Shown in pieces: positions 13,132 to 24,271 of a DNA stretch of 64,000 nt. The notes beneath the pieces are model-generated. The model did no database searches and was not told the DNA's origin. It saw only the letters and a program-made list of their open reading frames with translations. This DNA is from Octopus vulgaris. Its lineage: Eukaryota. Positions within the stretch are counted from its first letter, which is position 1, and every line of letters starts with the position of its first letter. Both the position numbers and the translations under genes were made by a program. The stretch spans positions 51,522,001 through 51,586,000 of the forward strand of contig OX597816.1 in assembly GCA_951406725.2 (NCBI GenBank). The letters run 5' to 3'.

Positions 13132-14026
13132 TTTTCGAAAATAGTGTTGTTGAAAATTCTTATTGTTCAGGCTGGTCAGTAGACGTCATGTGGATATTTT
13201 AAATAGCTTTTTAGCGCGTAGTTAGGGAGTGTATTTTCCGCTTGACTGGATAAGTAAGTTCGTTTAGAACAGGGAGAGCTGTATGTATGTATGTGTGTGC
13301 GCGTGTGTGTGTTTATATGTATGTTGGGGCGCGCGCGCGTATATATATGTGTGTGTGTGTGGGTAAAATTTTCAATATTTATAGTTCTGCTGGCCTTGTG
13401 CCTGTATCGGGAAGCAACGTATTTGTGTGAAGTCAATATTTACAGCCATTTCCAAAAAATAGTGTTGGATGTTTTGCACCCGTATTCAATTATGTGTATG
13501 TGTGAAACCATATATTTGTGTGTGTCATGGTGTTAATATCTGGGTAAAGGTGTGTGTAGGGTGTGTGCAGGTGTAAGTGTGTATATATACATCTATATAT
13601 ATGTGTGTGTGTTTGTGCGTGTAGATGTATATATACATCTATATGCATGTGTGTTTTGTGTGCGTGTGTGTGTGTGTGTGGTACTTTCCAATGTGCATGT
13701 TGCAGAGAGGAGGAGAAAAAGTCAACCGTTCCTCATGAATAAAAAGCTTTTCTATTTTTTTGTTTTTGCAGTAATTTTTGAGATCCAAAGCTTTTTGTAG
13801 ACACACTTCAGAAGATCTATTATGAAAAGAAAATTAAGTGGGAGAATATCTGAACTTCGAGAAACACAAACGCGTTAAGTAAAGTCAGTGTAGGCGTGGT
13901 GACGTTTTAGCTGAAGTTTAATAGAATTTTGTGTCATTGTCAGGAAAACACGAATGTAATCGAACACTCTACTTCCAACATTTTCCATCCCATGTAACTA
14001 TTACTCAACTGTTATCGAGTAATTTA

Positions 14027-14258
14027 AGGCGGCGAGCTGGCAGAAATGTTAGCACGCCGGGCGAAATGCTTAGCGGTATTTCGTCTGTCTTTACGTTCTG
14101 AGTTCAAATTCCGCCGTGGTCGACTTTGCCTTTCATCCTTTCGGGGTCAATTAAATAAGTACCAGTTACGCACTGGGGTCGATATAATCGACTTAATCCG
14201 TTTGTGTGTCCTTGTTTGTCCTCTCTGTGTTTAGCCCCTTGTGGGTAGTAAAGAAATA
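14027..14258 (+). mobile_element. SINE family A, full length
   Basis: A-box-like tggcagaaatgttag, B-box gagttcaaattcc, family core and aaagaaata tail. Confidence 0.9.
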
Positions 14259-15224
14259 TGTATGCTAACGCAACTTCCACGGTACATTACGAGTCTGAAC
14301 GGAAACCATTCCAGTCTGTTTACTTGAATTTCTATATGAAATGCAGGTCTCCAGTAAAGTTTAGTGAATAATTTAATGATTAACCACTCCTGTAAACGTA
14401 TCTAAACAGCAACGACTAACGAGCAAAAATAAATATACAGCCATGTCTATGTGGCTCTTATGAAAAGAAATATTTATACATCTTATTAGCTAAATGCGGT
14501 TGTTTTTCAAGTTTTATTATTTTTGTGCTGTTTTTGCGCTTCTATGCTTTTGTATATATTTTAAGTAGCTTTTCATATGAAACTCCGTCACTAATAGCAG
14601 CGTGTAGTTTTTTTCTTTTTTTTTTTCTCATTTCAAGTATTTTGTTTTGTTAACATTCAATCAAAAATCATTTATTAAAAGAAAATGTATTTCAATTATC
14701 TGTGTCCAGACGTCTATGAATTGCTCTTTCTTTAACTTTGTTTTTTTTTTTTTTTCCTTTTACTCTTCAAATTTCTTCACAAAATGATCACCGGTCTCCA
14801 ACCAGGAAAAAAATAACAAAAACTAACTAGACTATTTCGTGTTCTGTGTGTGTATGCACGTGCGCTTGTGTGCGCGTGCGGTGCGTATGTCAGTGTGTGT
14901 CTGTAGGTGCGTCTGTATCATTTATATATATATATATATATGCATACACGTATAAGCACACAAATAGCAAGTATACACACGTACGCACATATGTATATAC
15001 TTTATACTAACAAGTGTGTGTGCCTACGGATTCTCTTCTTTATATTTGATGAGAGGATATCCATGTTTATTTGTCTTTTTCCTTTCATTATTCTCTATGT
15101 TCCATTTCGAATTTCGTAATAAGATTAGTTGCGCAAACAGCATTTTAACATTATTGCTATCTACTGGTGTATTCACCAATCTCTATTGTCATTCTATCTT
15201 TTCCTCTTCCTTAATCCGTTTACT

Positions 15225-15294
<70 letters not shown>

Positions 15295-15724
15295 TCTCTC
15301 TCTCTATCTATCTATATATCTATCTATCTATCTATCTATCTATCAATCTATATTTCTCTATCTCTCTTTTCTCCTCCTTCCTCATCTCTCTCACTCTCCC
15401 CTCTCTCTATCTTTGTCTTCAGTTCTCACTGCCATTATATCATTATTTCCGTTTCCCTGTATATTGTTTGTCATCTACGTTTAGTCATTGTAAGCTAATC
15501 ATGAAAGTTAATGTCCTTAGAGTTTAAAAGCGCCGAAACTATGCTGATTCTGGTCTGCATGACGTACGAGAGGACATCTACTCTTATTTGTCGTTTTCTG
15601 GTTATCAATTTAGGTCCATTTTTACTATATATGCATATATCGCAGACGTGCACACACATGCACACATACACACACACATATACACACACATGCATAGAAT
15701 TCGAAGTACGTAGAAATATGTATG

Positions 15725-16034
<310 letters not shown>

Positions 16035-16827
16035 CGGAGATGTACTTGCATAGCAAGTGACCTGATCTCGGATCGTGTGATGAAACCAAAACATTTGCCA
16101 AAATATTTTCGTTGCTTTGAGACCGCGACCTGTACACTGACAAAATTCCTTGCGTATCTGAGAAAGTAACACTTAGTTCATGATATATATATACGTATGT
16201 ATGTATACATGTATCTATGCGCGTATGTATGTGTGTACGTATGTACATATGTGTATATGTATGTGAGTATGCATATATGTACATGCCTATGCGTGGGTGC
16301 ATGTCTATACACATGTATGCATGTACGTATTACGTACGTACCTATGTATGTATGTGAGTATTTAGGTATTTAAGTGTGTATGGGGAATTAAAATTTTGAA
16401 ATACCGATTTTTTTGCATATTCGAAATCTTTTCAGTTGAAAAAGTGGATTTCTGTAGAAAAAGCACCCACTCAAAATTCTAAAGGCGGTGCGGTCCTTGT
16501 GCTTTACCTCCTCCGTCCAGGGCTTTAAGAACGCCTCATAAACCCCTCATAACATTCTATATTTTTTTTTGGAATTTCCAGACAATTTTTGCTAATTTGT
16601 ATTCTACACGTGGAATTTCATACGATTATGCAAAAGAACCAAAAAAAAAGAATAAATTGTAGGGGTGTGTGATTGAAGGCCTATTAAGCTGTTAGTTTTA
16701 GCAAACCTCACGACCACTTCAATAACAAATAGGAAACAAGTAAATAACACGTATTTTATAGATTTCGGCAGTCAATATGCATTTAATGTGATAAACAGCA
16801 TGTTACAATTAAATATTTCTCAGCCTA

Positions 16828-17130
16828 ATCGTGAAATTAACGTGCAAGTGGCTGACCACTCCACAGAAACGTGTACCCTAAACATAGTTCTCGGGGAGAT
16901 TTAGCGTGACAAGGCTGGCCTTTTGAAATTCAGGTACAACAGTAACAGGAAGAAAGAGTGAGAGAAATTTGTGGTGAAAGAGTACAGCAGGTTTCGCACC
17001 ACCCGCTGCCGGAGTCTCGTGGGTCTTTAGGTGTTTTCGCTCAATAAATATTAACAACGCCCGGTCTGAGAATCGAAACCACGGTCCCGTGACCGGAAGC
17101 CAGCTACCCTAAGCTCAGGGCCATTGCGTC
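16828..17130 (-). mobile_element. tRNA-derived SINE family C, diverged
   Basis: Homologous to 53858-54240. Confidence 0.8.
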
Positions 17131-17154
17131 TATGTGTGTGTGTAATATATATAT

Positions 17155-17565
17155 ACTATTTTATCAGTGTTAGCTGAAAGCTATGACCATGATGGGGCAC
17201 CACCGTTTCGCTACACTGTTATTATTGAGAGCCTCCTCTGATATGTGGCATTTTGTGAATCAGGGAGTTTGATGTCGCTGCTCTCTTTTGCACTCCAGCC
17301 ACGAGGTAGGTTCATCTGGGAGTCTCGATAGGAAGAGATCCAGTTCTAATTTGAAAACACCTACATCCAGTTTGTGTAGGTCGCTAAGGCTCTTTCAAAG
17401 AATATTGACAAGCTGTGTGCCACTGAAACCCAGGTTGTTGCAGTAACGGGTCCTGATGCGTGACAGCATTGCTGGGATCTTTGTCACTGTGCAGTGTTCA
17501 CCCGTCCTGGCATTTTTGTAGCTTTCAATTCTAAAATTTGCCACAATCCCTTCCAGGATCTTCCA
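17155..17565 (-). mobile_element. 3' end of a CR1/L2-like LINE (decayed ORF2 C-terminus plus 3' tail)
   Basis: Minus-strand translation remnants ...VFKLELDLFLSRLPDEP...RAATSNSL, a typical LINE ORF2 C-terminus, followed by a stem-loop tail. Confidence 0.6.
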
Positions 17566-17644
17566 GATGTATATTACTGTATATGTGTCACATGTGTATA
17601 TATATGTAATATATATGATATATATATTATAATATATAATCCTT

Positions 17645-17850
17645 TCTACTGTAGGAACAAGGCCAGAAAATTTAAGGAATGAGATAATCGATTAGTTGGA
17701 CCCCAGCGCTCAACTGGTACTCATTTCATCGACCCGGAAAGGATGAAAGGCAAAGTCGACCTCAGCAGAATTTTAACTCTGAACGCAGCGGCATACGAAA
17801 TACCACTAAGCTTTTCGCTCGACATGCTAACGATTCAGCTAGCACACCAC
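17645..17850 (-). mobile_element. SINE family A-related, degenerate
   Basis: Core gacccggaaaggatgaaaggcaaagtcgacctc on the plus strand. Confidence 0.7.
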
Positions 17851-17915
17851 TTTATATATATTATATAGTATATATATATATGTACATAATATGCATATAA
17901 TACGTACATACATAC

Positions 17916-17980
<65 letters not shown>

Positions 17981-18148
17981 ATATAAGCGGGACCAGCCAT
18001 CTGAATGTGGCTAGGGACAGGGCAGGGTGGTGGGGGTGTTACTGATGCATTTAGCCCCAGGCGACTATAGACGTCACCAGGAGAGCCGACACCATCACGG
18101 TGTGCTTGCTAGCCTGTAAAGGGAGATCAGCCTCCCCGAAGATACGGA

Positions 18149-18198
18149 TGCTACACACGGACCGGTTTCGAGGTACTGCCTCTCGTCAGCGCATGGCA
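18149..18198 (-). ncRNA. Type I hammerhead ribozyme, unit 1
   Basis: UGC-CAUGCG-CUGACGA-GAGG-CAGUA-CCUC-GAAA-CCGG-UC^CGUGUG-UA-GCA; predicted cleavage between 18160 and 18159. Confidence 0.9.
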
Positions 18199-18507
18199 AA
18201 CACCGTTCTTCGTTGAGGGACTTCCTCTACAGGCTAGAAATATATAGATTTTCACTGTAAACACAGTCACTGGCGTCGAAAGTCTGTTCGATAACAATAA
18301 TAAATCTCTAAGCGAGGTATAAACAGTAACTGCTCTGTAATATAAGCGGGACCAGCCATCTGAATGTGGCTAGGGACAGGGCGGGGTGGTGGGGGTGTTA
18401 CTGATGCATTTAGCCCCAGGCGACTATAGACGTCACCAGGAGAGCCGACACCATCACGGTGTCCTTGCTAGCCTGTAAAGGGAGATCAGCCCCCCCGAAG
18501 ATACGGA

Positions 18508-18557
18508 TGCTACACACGGACCGGTTTCGAGGTATTGCCTCTCGTCAGCGCATGGCA
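18508..18557 (-). ncRNA. Type I hammerhead ribozyme, unit 2 (loop II CAAUA)
   Basis: Same intact core; predicted cleavage 18519/18518. Confidence 0.9.
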
Positions 18558-18866
18558 AACACCGTTCTTCGTTGAGGGACTTCCTCTACAGGCTAGAAAT
18601 ATATAGATTTTCACTGTAAACACAGTCACTGGCGTCGAAAATCTGTTCGATAACAATAATAAATCTCTAAGCGAGGTATAAACAGTAACTGCTCTGTAAT
18701 ATAAGCGGGACCAGCCATCTGAATGTGGCTAGGGACAGGGCGGGGTGGTGGGGGTGTTACTGATGCATTTAGCCCCAGGCGACTATAGACGTCACCAGGA
18801 GAGCCGACACCATCACGGTGTCCTTGCTAGCCTGTAAAGGGAGATCAGCCTCCCCGAAGATACGGA

Positions 18867-18916
18867 TGCTACACACGGACCGGTTTCGAGGTACTGCCTC
18901 TCGTCAGCGCATGGCA
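18867..18916 (-). ncRNA. Type I hammerhead ribozyme, unit 3
   Basis: Same intact core; predicted cleavage 18878/18877. Confidence 0.9.
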
Positions 18917-19225
18917 AACACCGTTCTTCGTTGAGGGACTTCCTCTACAGGCTAGAAATATATAGATTTTCACTGTAAACACAGTCACTGGCGTCGAAAA
19001 TCTGTTCGATAACAATAATAAATCTCTAAGCGAGGTATAAACAGTAACTGCTCTGTAATATAAGCGGGACCAGCCATCTGAATGTGGCTAGGGACAGGGC
19101 GGGGTGGTGGGGGTGTTACTGATGCATTTAGCCCCAGGCGACTATAGACGTCACCAGGAGAGCCGACACCATCACGGTGTCCTTGCTAGCCTGTAAAGGG
19201 AGATCAGCCTCCCCGAAGATACGGA

Positions 19226-19275
19226 TGCTACACACGGACCGGTTTCGAGGTACTGCCTCTCGTCAGCGCATGGCA
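19226..19275 (-). ncRNA. Type I hammerhead ribozyme, unit 4
   Basis: Same intact core; predicted cleavage 19237/19236. Confidence 0.9.
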
Positions 19276-19585
19276 AACACCGTTCTTCGTTGAGGGACTT
19301 CCTCTACAGGCTAGAAATATATAGATTTTCACTGTAAACACAGTCACTGGCGTCGAAAGTCTGTTCGATAACAATAATAAATCTCTAAGCGAGGTATAAA
19401 CAGTAACTGCTCTGTAATATAAGCGGGACCAGCCATCTGAATGTGGCTAGGGACAGGGCGGGGTGGTGGGGGTGTTACTGATGCATTTAGCCCCAGGCGA
19501 CTATAGACGTCACCAGGAGAGCCGACACCATCACGGTGTCCTTGCTAGCCTGTAAAGGGAGATCAGCCCCCCCCGAAGATACGGA

Positions 19586-19635
19586 TGCTACACACGGACC
19601 GGTTTCGAGGTATTGCCTCTCGTCAGCGCATGGCA
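19586..19635 (-). ncRNA. Type I hammerhead ribozyme, unit 5 (loop II CAAUA)
   Basis: Same intact core; predicted cleavage 19597/19596. Confidence 0.9.
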
Positions 19636-19894
19636 AACACCGTTCTTCGTTGAGGGACTTCCTCTACAGGCTAGAAATATATAGATTTTCACTGTAAACA
19701 CAGTCACTGGCGTCGAAAATCTGTTCGATAACAATAATAAATCTCTAAGCGAGGTATAAACAGTAACTGCTCTGTAATATAAGCGGGACCAGCCATCTGA
19801 ATGTGGCTAGGGACAGGGCGGGGTGGTGGGGGTGTTACTGATGCATTTAGCCCTAGGCGACTATAGACGTCGTCCCTCAACGAAGAACGGTGTT

Positions 19895-19944
19895 TGCCAT
19901 GCGCTGACGAGAGGCAATACCTCGAAACCGGTCCGTGTGTAGTA
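19895..19944 (+). ncRNA. Type I hammerhead ribozyme in the inverted copy
   Basis: CTGACGA 19904-19910, GAGG-CAATA-CCTC, GAAA 19924-19927, CCGG-TC^ (after 19933), CGTGTG. Confidence 0.9.
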
Positions 19945-20149
19945 TCCGTATCTTCGGGTTTCGATGATCTCCCTTTACAGGCTAGCAAGGACACCGTGAT
20001 GGTGTCGGCTCTCCTGGTGACGTCTATAGTCGCCTGGGGCTAAATGCATCAGTAACACCCCCACCACCCCGCCCTGTCCCTAGCCACATTCAGATGGCTG
20101 GTCCCGCTTATATTACAGAGCAGTTACTGTTTATACCTCGCTTAGAGAT

Positions 20150-20216
<67 letters not shown>

Positions 20217-20250
20217 TATATATATATGTATATATATGTATAAATGTATG

Positions 20251-20281
<31 letters not shown>

Positions 20282-20321
20282 CAAATATATAATATATGTG
20301 TGTGTATATAATACATATATA

Positions 20322-20558
20322 CTTTTATTCTTTTACTTGTTTCATGCATTTGACAGCAGCAATACTGGAGCACCGCCTTTATTCGAAAGAATTGACCCCA
20401 AGAATTATTCTTAGTAAGCCCGGTACTTATCCTATCGTAACCTCTTTGCCAAACGACTAAGTGACCGGGATGTAAAGACACCAACATCGGTTGTCAAGCG
20501 ATGGTGGGGACACAAACTCAGTCACAAATAACAAATATATACATATATATATATATGC

Positions 20559-20610
<52 letters not shown>

Positions 20611-20770
20611 GACTGGCTTCTTTCAGTTTCCTTCTAACAAATCCACTCACAAGACTTTGATTGGCGCGAGGCTCCAATAGAAGACACTTGCTCAACATGT
20701 CACGCAGTAGGCCTGAACCAGGGACCATGTAGTTGGGAAGCCAGCTTCTGACCACACATCCTCTCCTGCG

Positions 20771-20772
<2 letters not shown>
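20322..20772 (-). mobile_element. SINE family B
   Basis: Reverse complement of the family B head, internal (TA)n and tail. Confidence 0.85.
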
Positions 20773-20819
<47 letters not shown>

Positions 20820-20824
<5 letters not shown>

Positions 20825-21020
20825 ACAAGAACGTAATGGAGGACGACAATAAAAACACACGGACAGATGGACGATACAAAGACGGACAGGTAAACCAGGA
20901 TGGAACATTCGTGGCTTTCTATTCATTAGTCAAGCTTCCACACATCATTACAATTTCTTTCTGTTACACTTGAGACTGTTCAAAATTGGTAGGCCACTAA
21001 AATCTAAGCTAAGGGCATTA
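20820..21020 (-). mobile_element. pLTR-like repeat homologous to 24231-24440, with a decayed permuted hammerhead motif
   Basis: Minus strand cttagcttagattt...cagTCtcaag...GAAAttg...cttgaCTAATGA aligns with the 24.2-kb copy. Confidence 0.6.
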
Positions 21021-21849
21021 AATTTTGGGAAGAAAGCGAACGAATATGTGCGGCAACGCAGTTTTATAAAGAACGAGAAAACGGAGAAAATGTTACACGA
21101 TTAGAAATAGACAAGAATAACACAAGAATAACAACAGGTGTCTTTCGACTAAAAGGGTAAGTTAAGTTAAGCTGGCGTGTGAAGTGGAAGCGTTGCGAGG
21201 GAGAGAAAGAGGGAGAGAGAGAGATGGAAAGAGAGAAATAAATGGTGAGGATAGAGGAGAGGGGGAGATAGTGGTAAGTCTTGACTTGCTTTGACATTTA
21301 TGTGCACATGTTGGGTTGTTGAGTGTAGGTCATTGGTTTGACCTTAGGTACAGCAGGCACTTCCTCAGCGAGTTCAGATGTAGGGCAAAGAAACAAATTT
21401 TGTTTAGATGTTGAAGGTTGGAAGTTCTTTGTCTGAGTTGACAAGAGATGTTCCTTAAGGTTTCGAGATAATTGGGTGGCACTTATATGTTGCTGGTGTT
21501 TGTACGCATCCAGTGGTTTCAGTTACTTTTGATTACCATGTGGCAAGAAAACTGTATATACTCATTAAGGAAATATTGAATCAAGCACTTATCGCATTTT
21601 GCGTATTTCTTCCATTGAGTTAAAATTTTTTGGTGATATAACCTAAGAATATAATGGTATTTTGTGTAGTTCATTTACGAAGTCCTTCTATTGTTCAATT
21701 AGATGCAAATGATAGTTAGTATTTCTTTGTATAGTAATGTTCCGTTCGAGTCCTAAGAAGGATACTCTAATTTGATGTTTACATGATACAATTACCTTGC
21801 GAATGCCAATTATGTGGCATTTGTATGTAATAAGCTCCTCTACACATAA

Positions 21850-22160
21850 GTTGCACACTCACGATATTCTACTATATGGTCAATCTTTCTTTTCTTCATT
21901 TTTTTCTTTGTTCATTATAGACCAGTTAGTTGTATGTTCCACCCCATGCCGTTTGAACCTGTAGGTGAGGTTTGATAATGATGTGCAGTATTTTTCGGTC
22001 CATATTACTATATTTATCCTACTTTGTATCTGCTTACCTCGGTATGATCCCATAAAACTGCTGTTGCAGCCTGGAATCATTAAGCCGTAGCCAACATGAT
22101 AAAATAGGAGCTTTTACACGCGAACTCAAGATGTTTCCCGTAAACGAACTGAACGGATAT
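21850..22160 (-). pseudogene. Possible decayed PLE GIY-YIG fragment
   Basis: Remnant PGCN..F.G resembles the C..C...YIG region; frameshifted. Confidence 0.35.
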
Positions 22161-22169
22161 ATGTGTTTA

Positions 22170-22170
22170 G

Positions 22171-22253
<83 letters not shown>

Positions 22254-22261
22254 TAGAGAGC

Positions 22262-22322
<61 letters not shown>

Positions 22323-22368
22323 GGATGGATGGATGGATGGATGGATGGATGGATGGATGGATGGATGG
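22170..22368. repeat. Compound (GATA)n/(GA)n/(GGAT)n microsatellite
   Basis: Direct reading. Confidence 0.95.
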
Positions 22369-22489
22369 ATATTGTTACGTATGCAGGTATACAGAAATAA
22401 CTATGCATAAGAATTAAGCGAAGAGAAAGAAGGCAAAGAAGAAGGAGGTGAAGAAGAAAGTGAAGAAAAAGAAAACGAAGAAGAAAGCG

Positions 22490-22520
<31 letters not shown>

Positions 22521-22884
22521 TATATGCGTAAATACATATATGTCCTGTATATATATGTATGTATGTAGGTAGGTAGGTATGCTTGCATGCATGTATGTAT
22601 CTATACACTGATGTATGCATGCATTGGAAATAAATAAATGAATTGGTGAATAGATAGCGGAATGACTGGATAGAAAGATGGATGGATATATTCAGTGACT
22701 TACGAATTTCTATACAGAACTCAAGCTGGTTGTTAACAAAGTGTCATGACTTCATTTTATGAGCCAAAATATATTTCAGAAATTTATGTATGCGATTCAG
22801 TTAGAGCATGCGTATATGTAACGTATACAAGCGGCTATACTTGCACTGATATACTGTATAAAATTTATTAAATGTTTTAAGTGT

Positions 22885-22970
22885 AGGCGTAGGAGTGGCT
22901 GTGTGGTAAGTAGCTTGCTTACTAACCACATGGTTTCCGGGTTCAGTCCCACTGCGTGGTACCTTGAGCA
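22885..22970 (+). mobile_element. SINE family B, 5' head only
   Basis: ggcgtaggagtggctgtgtggtaagtagcttgct...gggttcagtcccactgcgtgg. Confidence 0.8.
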
Positions 22971-23006
22971 AGATATTTTATGAAAGAGCGTGGGTAAAAC
23001 CGAAAC

Positions 23007-23600
23007 AGTGCGAAGTAAATGCAAGTTAAATCACAAGAAAATAAATATATGAATTATTGTAGGCTTACCTTGTTTTCAATATTTCGAGGTTATGACCCCA
23101 TTTTCAAGAAATAGACGAATTTTGCCGATGTACGTGTGTGTGAGCGTGTGTTGAGTGGACATGCCCGGTAATATGTTGCTATAGCAACCAGCTAGCTTCC
23201 TGTAACTCTCTTCTCTTGTTGATTTTGGGTTTCTTTTGGTGTATGAAGATGGCCTCAGAGATTCAAAGTGTGCCCCAGTTCCTCTGTTTTGCTTTGGTGC
23301 GCACTGTGAAATCTCGGGTCTGGCATTTCAGAAGTGTCTGCCTGCATGTGTTCCTTAATGCGTATAAGCGGCTTTCTTGTGCTTCCTATAAAGGATGCAC
23401 CACATTTGCCCAGATGATCCCATATGCAACATAGGTCCTCTGGTACAATTCGGGGTCATTGATGGGACAGCTTGACAATGTTCACTCCTCGGAGAAGTGA
23501 AAGGTGTTGCTCTTGGACAGAGCTTTTCAGAGTGTACACTATGTGTATGTCGAGTCCTTCCCTGCCGACTGCATGTTGTATCACTGCAGTAGTTCTGTCG
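23007..23600 (-). mobile_element. PLE 3' fragment (GIY-YIG C-terminus plus pLTR with U3-A8 hammerhead)
   Basis: Minus-strand remnants VAYGI..CGASFIGSTRKPLIRIKEHMQ; pLTR motif tttc-TTGAAAA-t-ggggt-cat-aacctc-GAAA-ta-TT-gaaa. Confidence 0.75.
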
Positions 23601-23606
23601 TCAAAT

Positions 23607-24005
23607 TGTGGCAAGAAAACTGTATATACTCATTAAGGAAAACATGCAGACAGACACTTCTGTGACGAAGCACCTACTGAACTGCCAGACACGAGAATTC
23701 ACGGTGCACCTCAAGGCAACACAGAGGAACAGGGGTAAAATGAGAATCTCTGAAGCTATCCTCATACACCAAAAGAAACCCACGACCAACAAGAGAAGAG
23801 AGTTACAGGAAGCTAGCTAGTTCTTATAGCAAGGTATTTCCCCGCATGCCCATTCCACACACGCTCACACACACGCAAACCGTCAACATTTGCTTATTTC
23901 TTGAAAATGGGGTCATAACCTCCCTCGAAATATTGAATACAAGGTTAGCCTGAATTAATTCACATATTTGTTTTCCTGTGATTTACCTAGCATTTACTTC
24001 GCACT
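23607..24005 (+). mobile_element. Inverted second copy of the same PLE 3' end
   Basis: ORF 23608-23820 ...KHLLNC...RISEAILIHQKKPTTNKRREL (GIY-YIG C-terminus); diverged reverse complement of 23007-23380. Confidence 0.8.
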
Positions 24006-24093
24006 ATTTTGGCCTTACAATATACAATATATATATATATATACACACACAATATATATACAATATATATATATATATATATACAATATATAT

Positions 24094-24147
<54 letters not shown>

Positions 24148-24271
24148 TATACATAAATAGGTGAATAGATAGAGAGATAGATGGATAGATTCTTGTACAC
24201 ACATATATATATATATGTATATATATATAGTGCACTTAGCTTAGATTTGCTTGGGGCCGGCCAGAGTAGAT

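Larger units (their letters stand above)
17980..20157 (-). mobile_element. Tandem hammerhead-ribozyme repeat (non-LTR retrozyme-like): five 359/360-bp units, a partial unit and an inverted 286-bp copy
   Basis: Units start at 17980, 18339, 18698, 19057, 19416 and 19776 (partial to 19871); inverted copy 19872-20157. Units differ at only a few positions. (TA)n flanks both sides. Confidence 0.92.

Noticed and set aside
17980-19871. CRISPR array or rDNA/5S/snRNA tandem cluster
   Set aside because: Units repeat in full with no unique spacers, the context is eukaryotic, and I see no 5S, tRNA or snRNA signature; the hammerhead explains the unit.
19704-19994. 96-aa ORF across the array inversion
   Set aside because: Created by the inversion junction and absent from the regular units.
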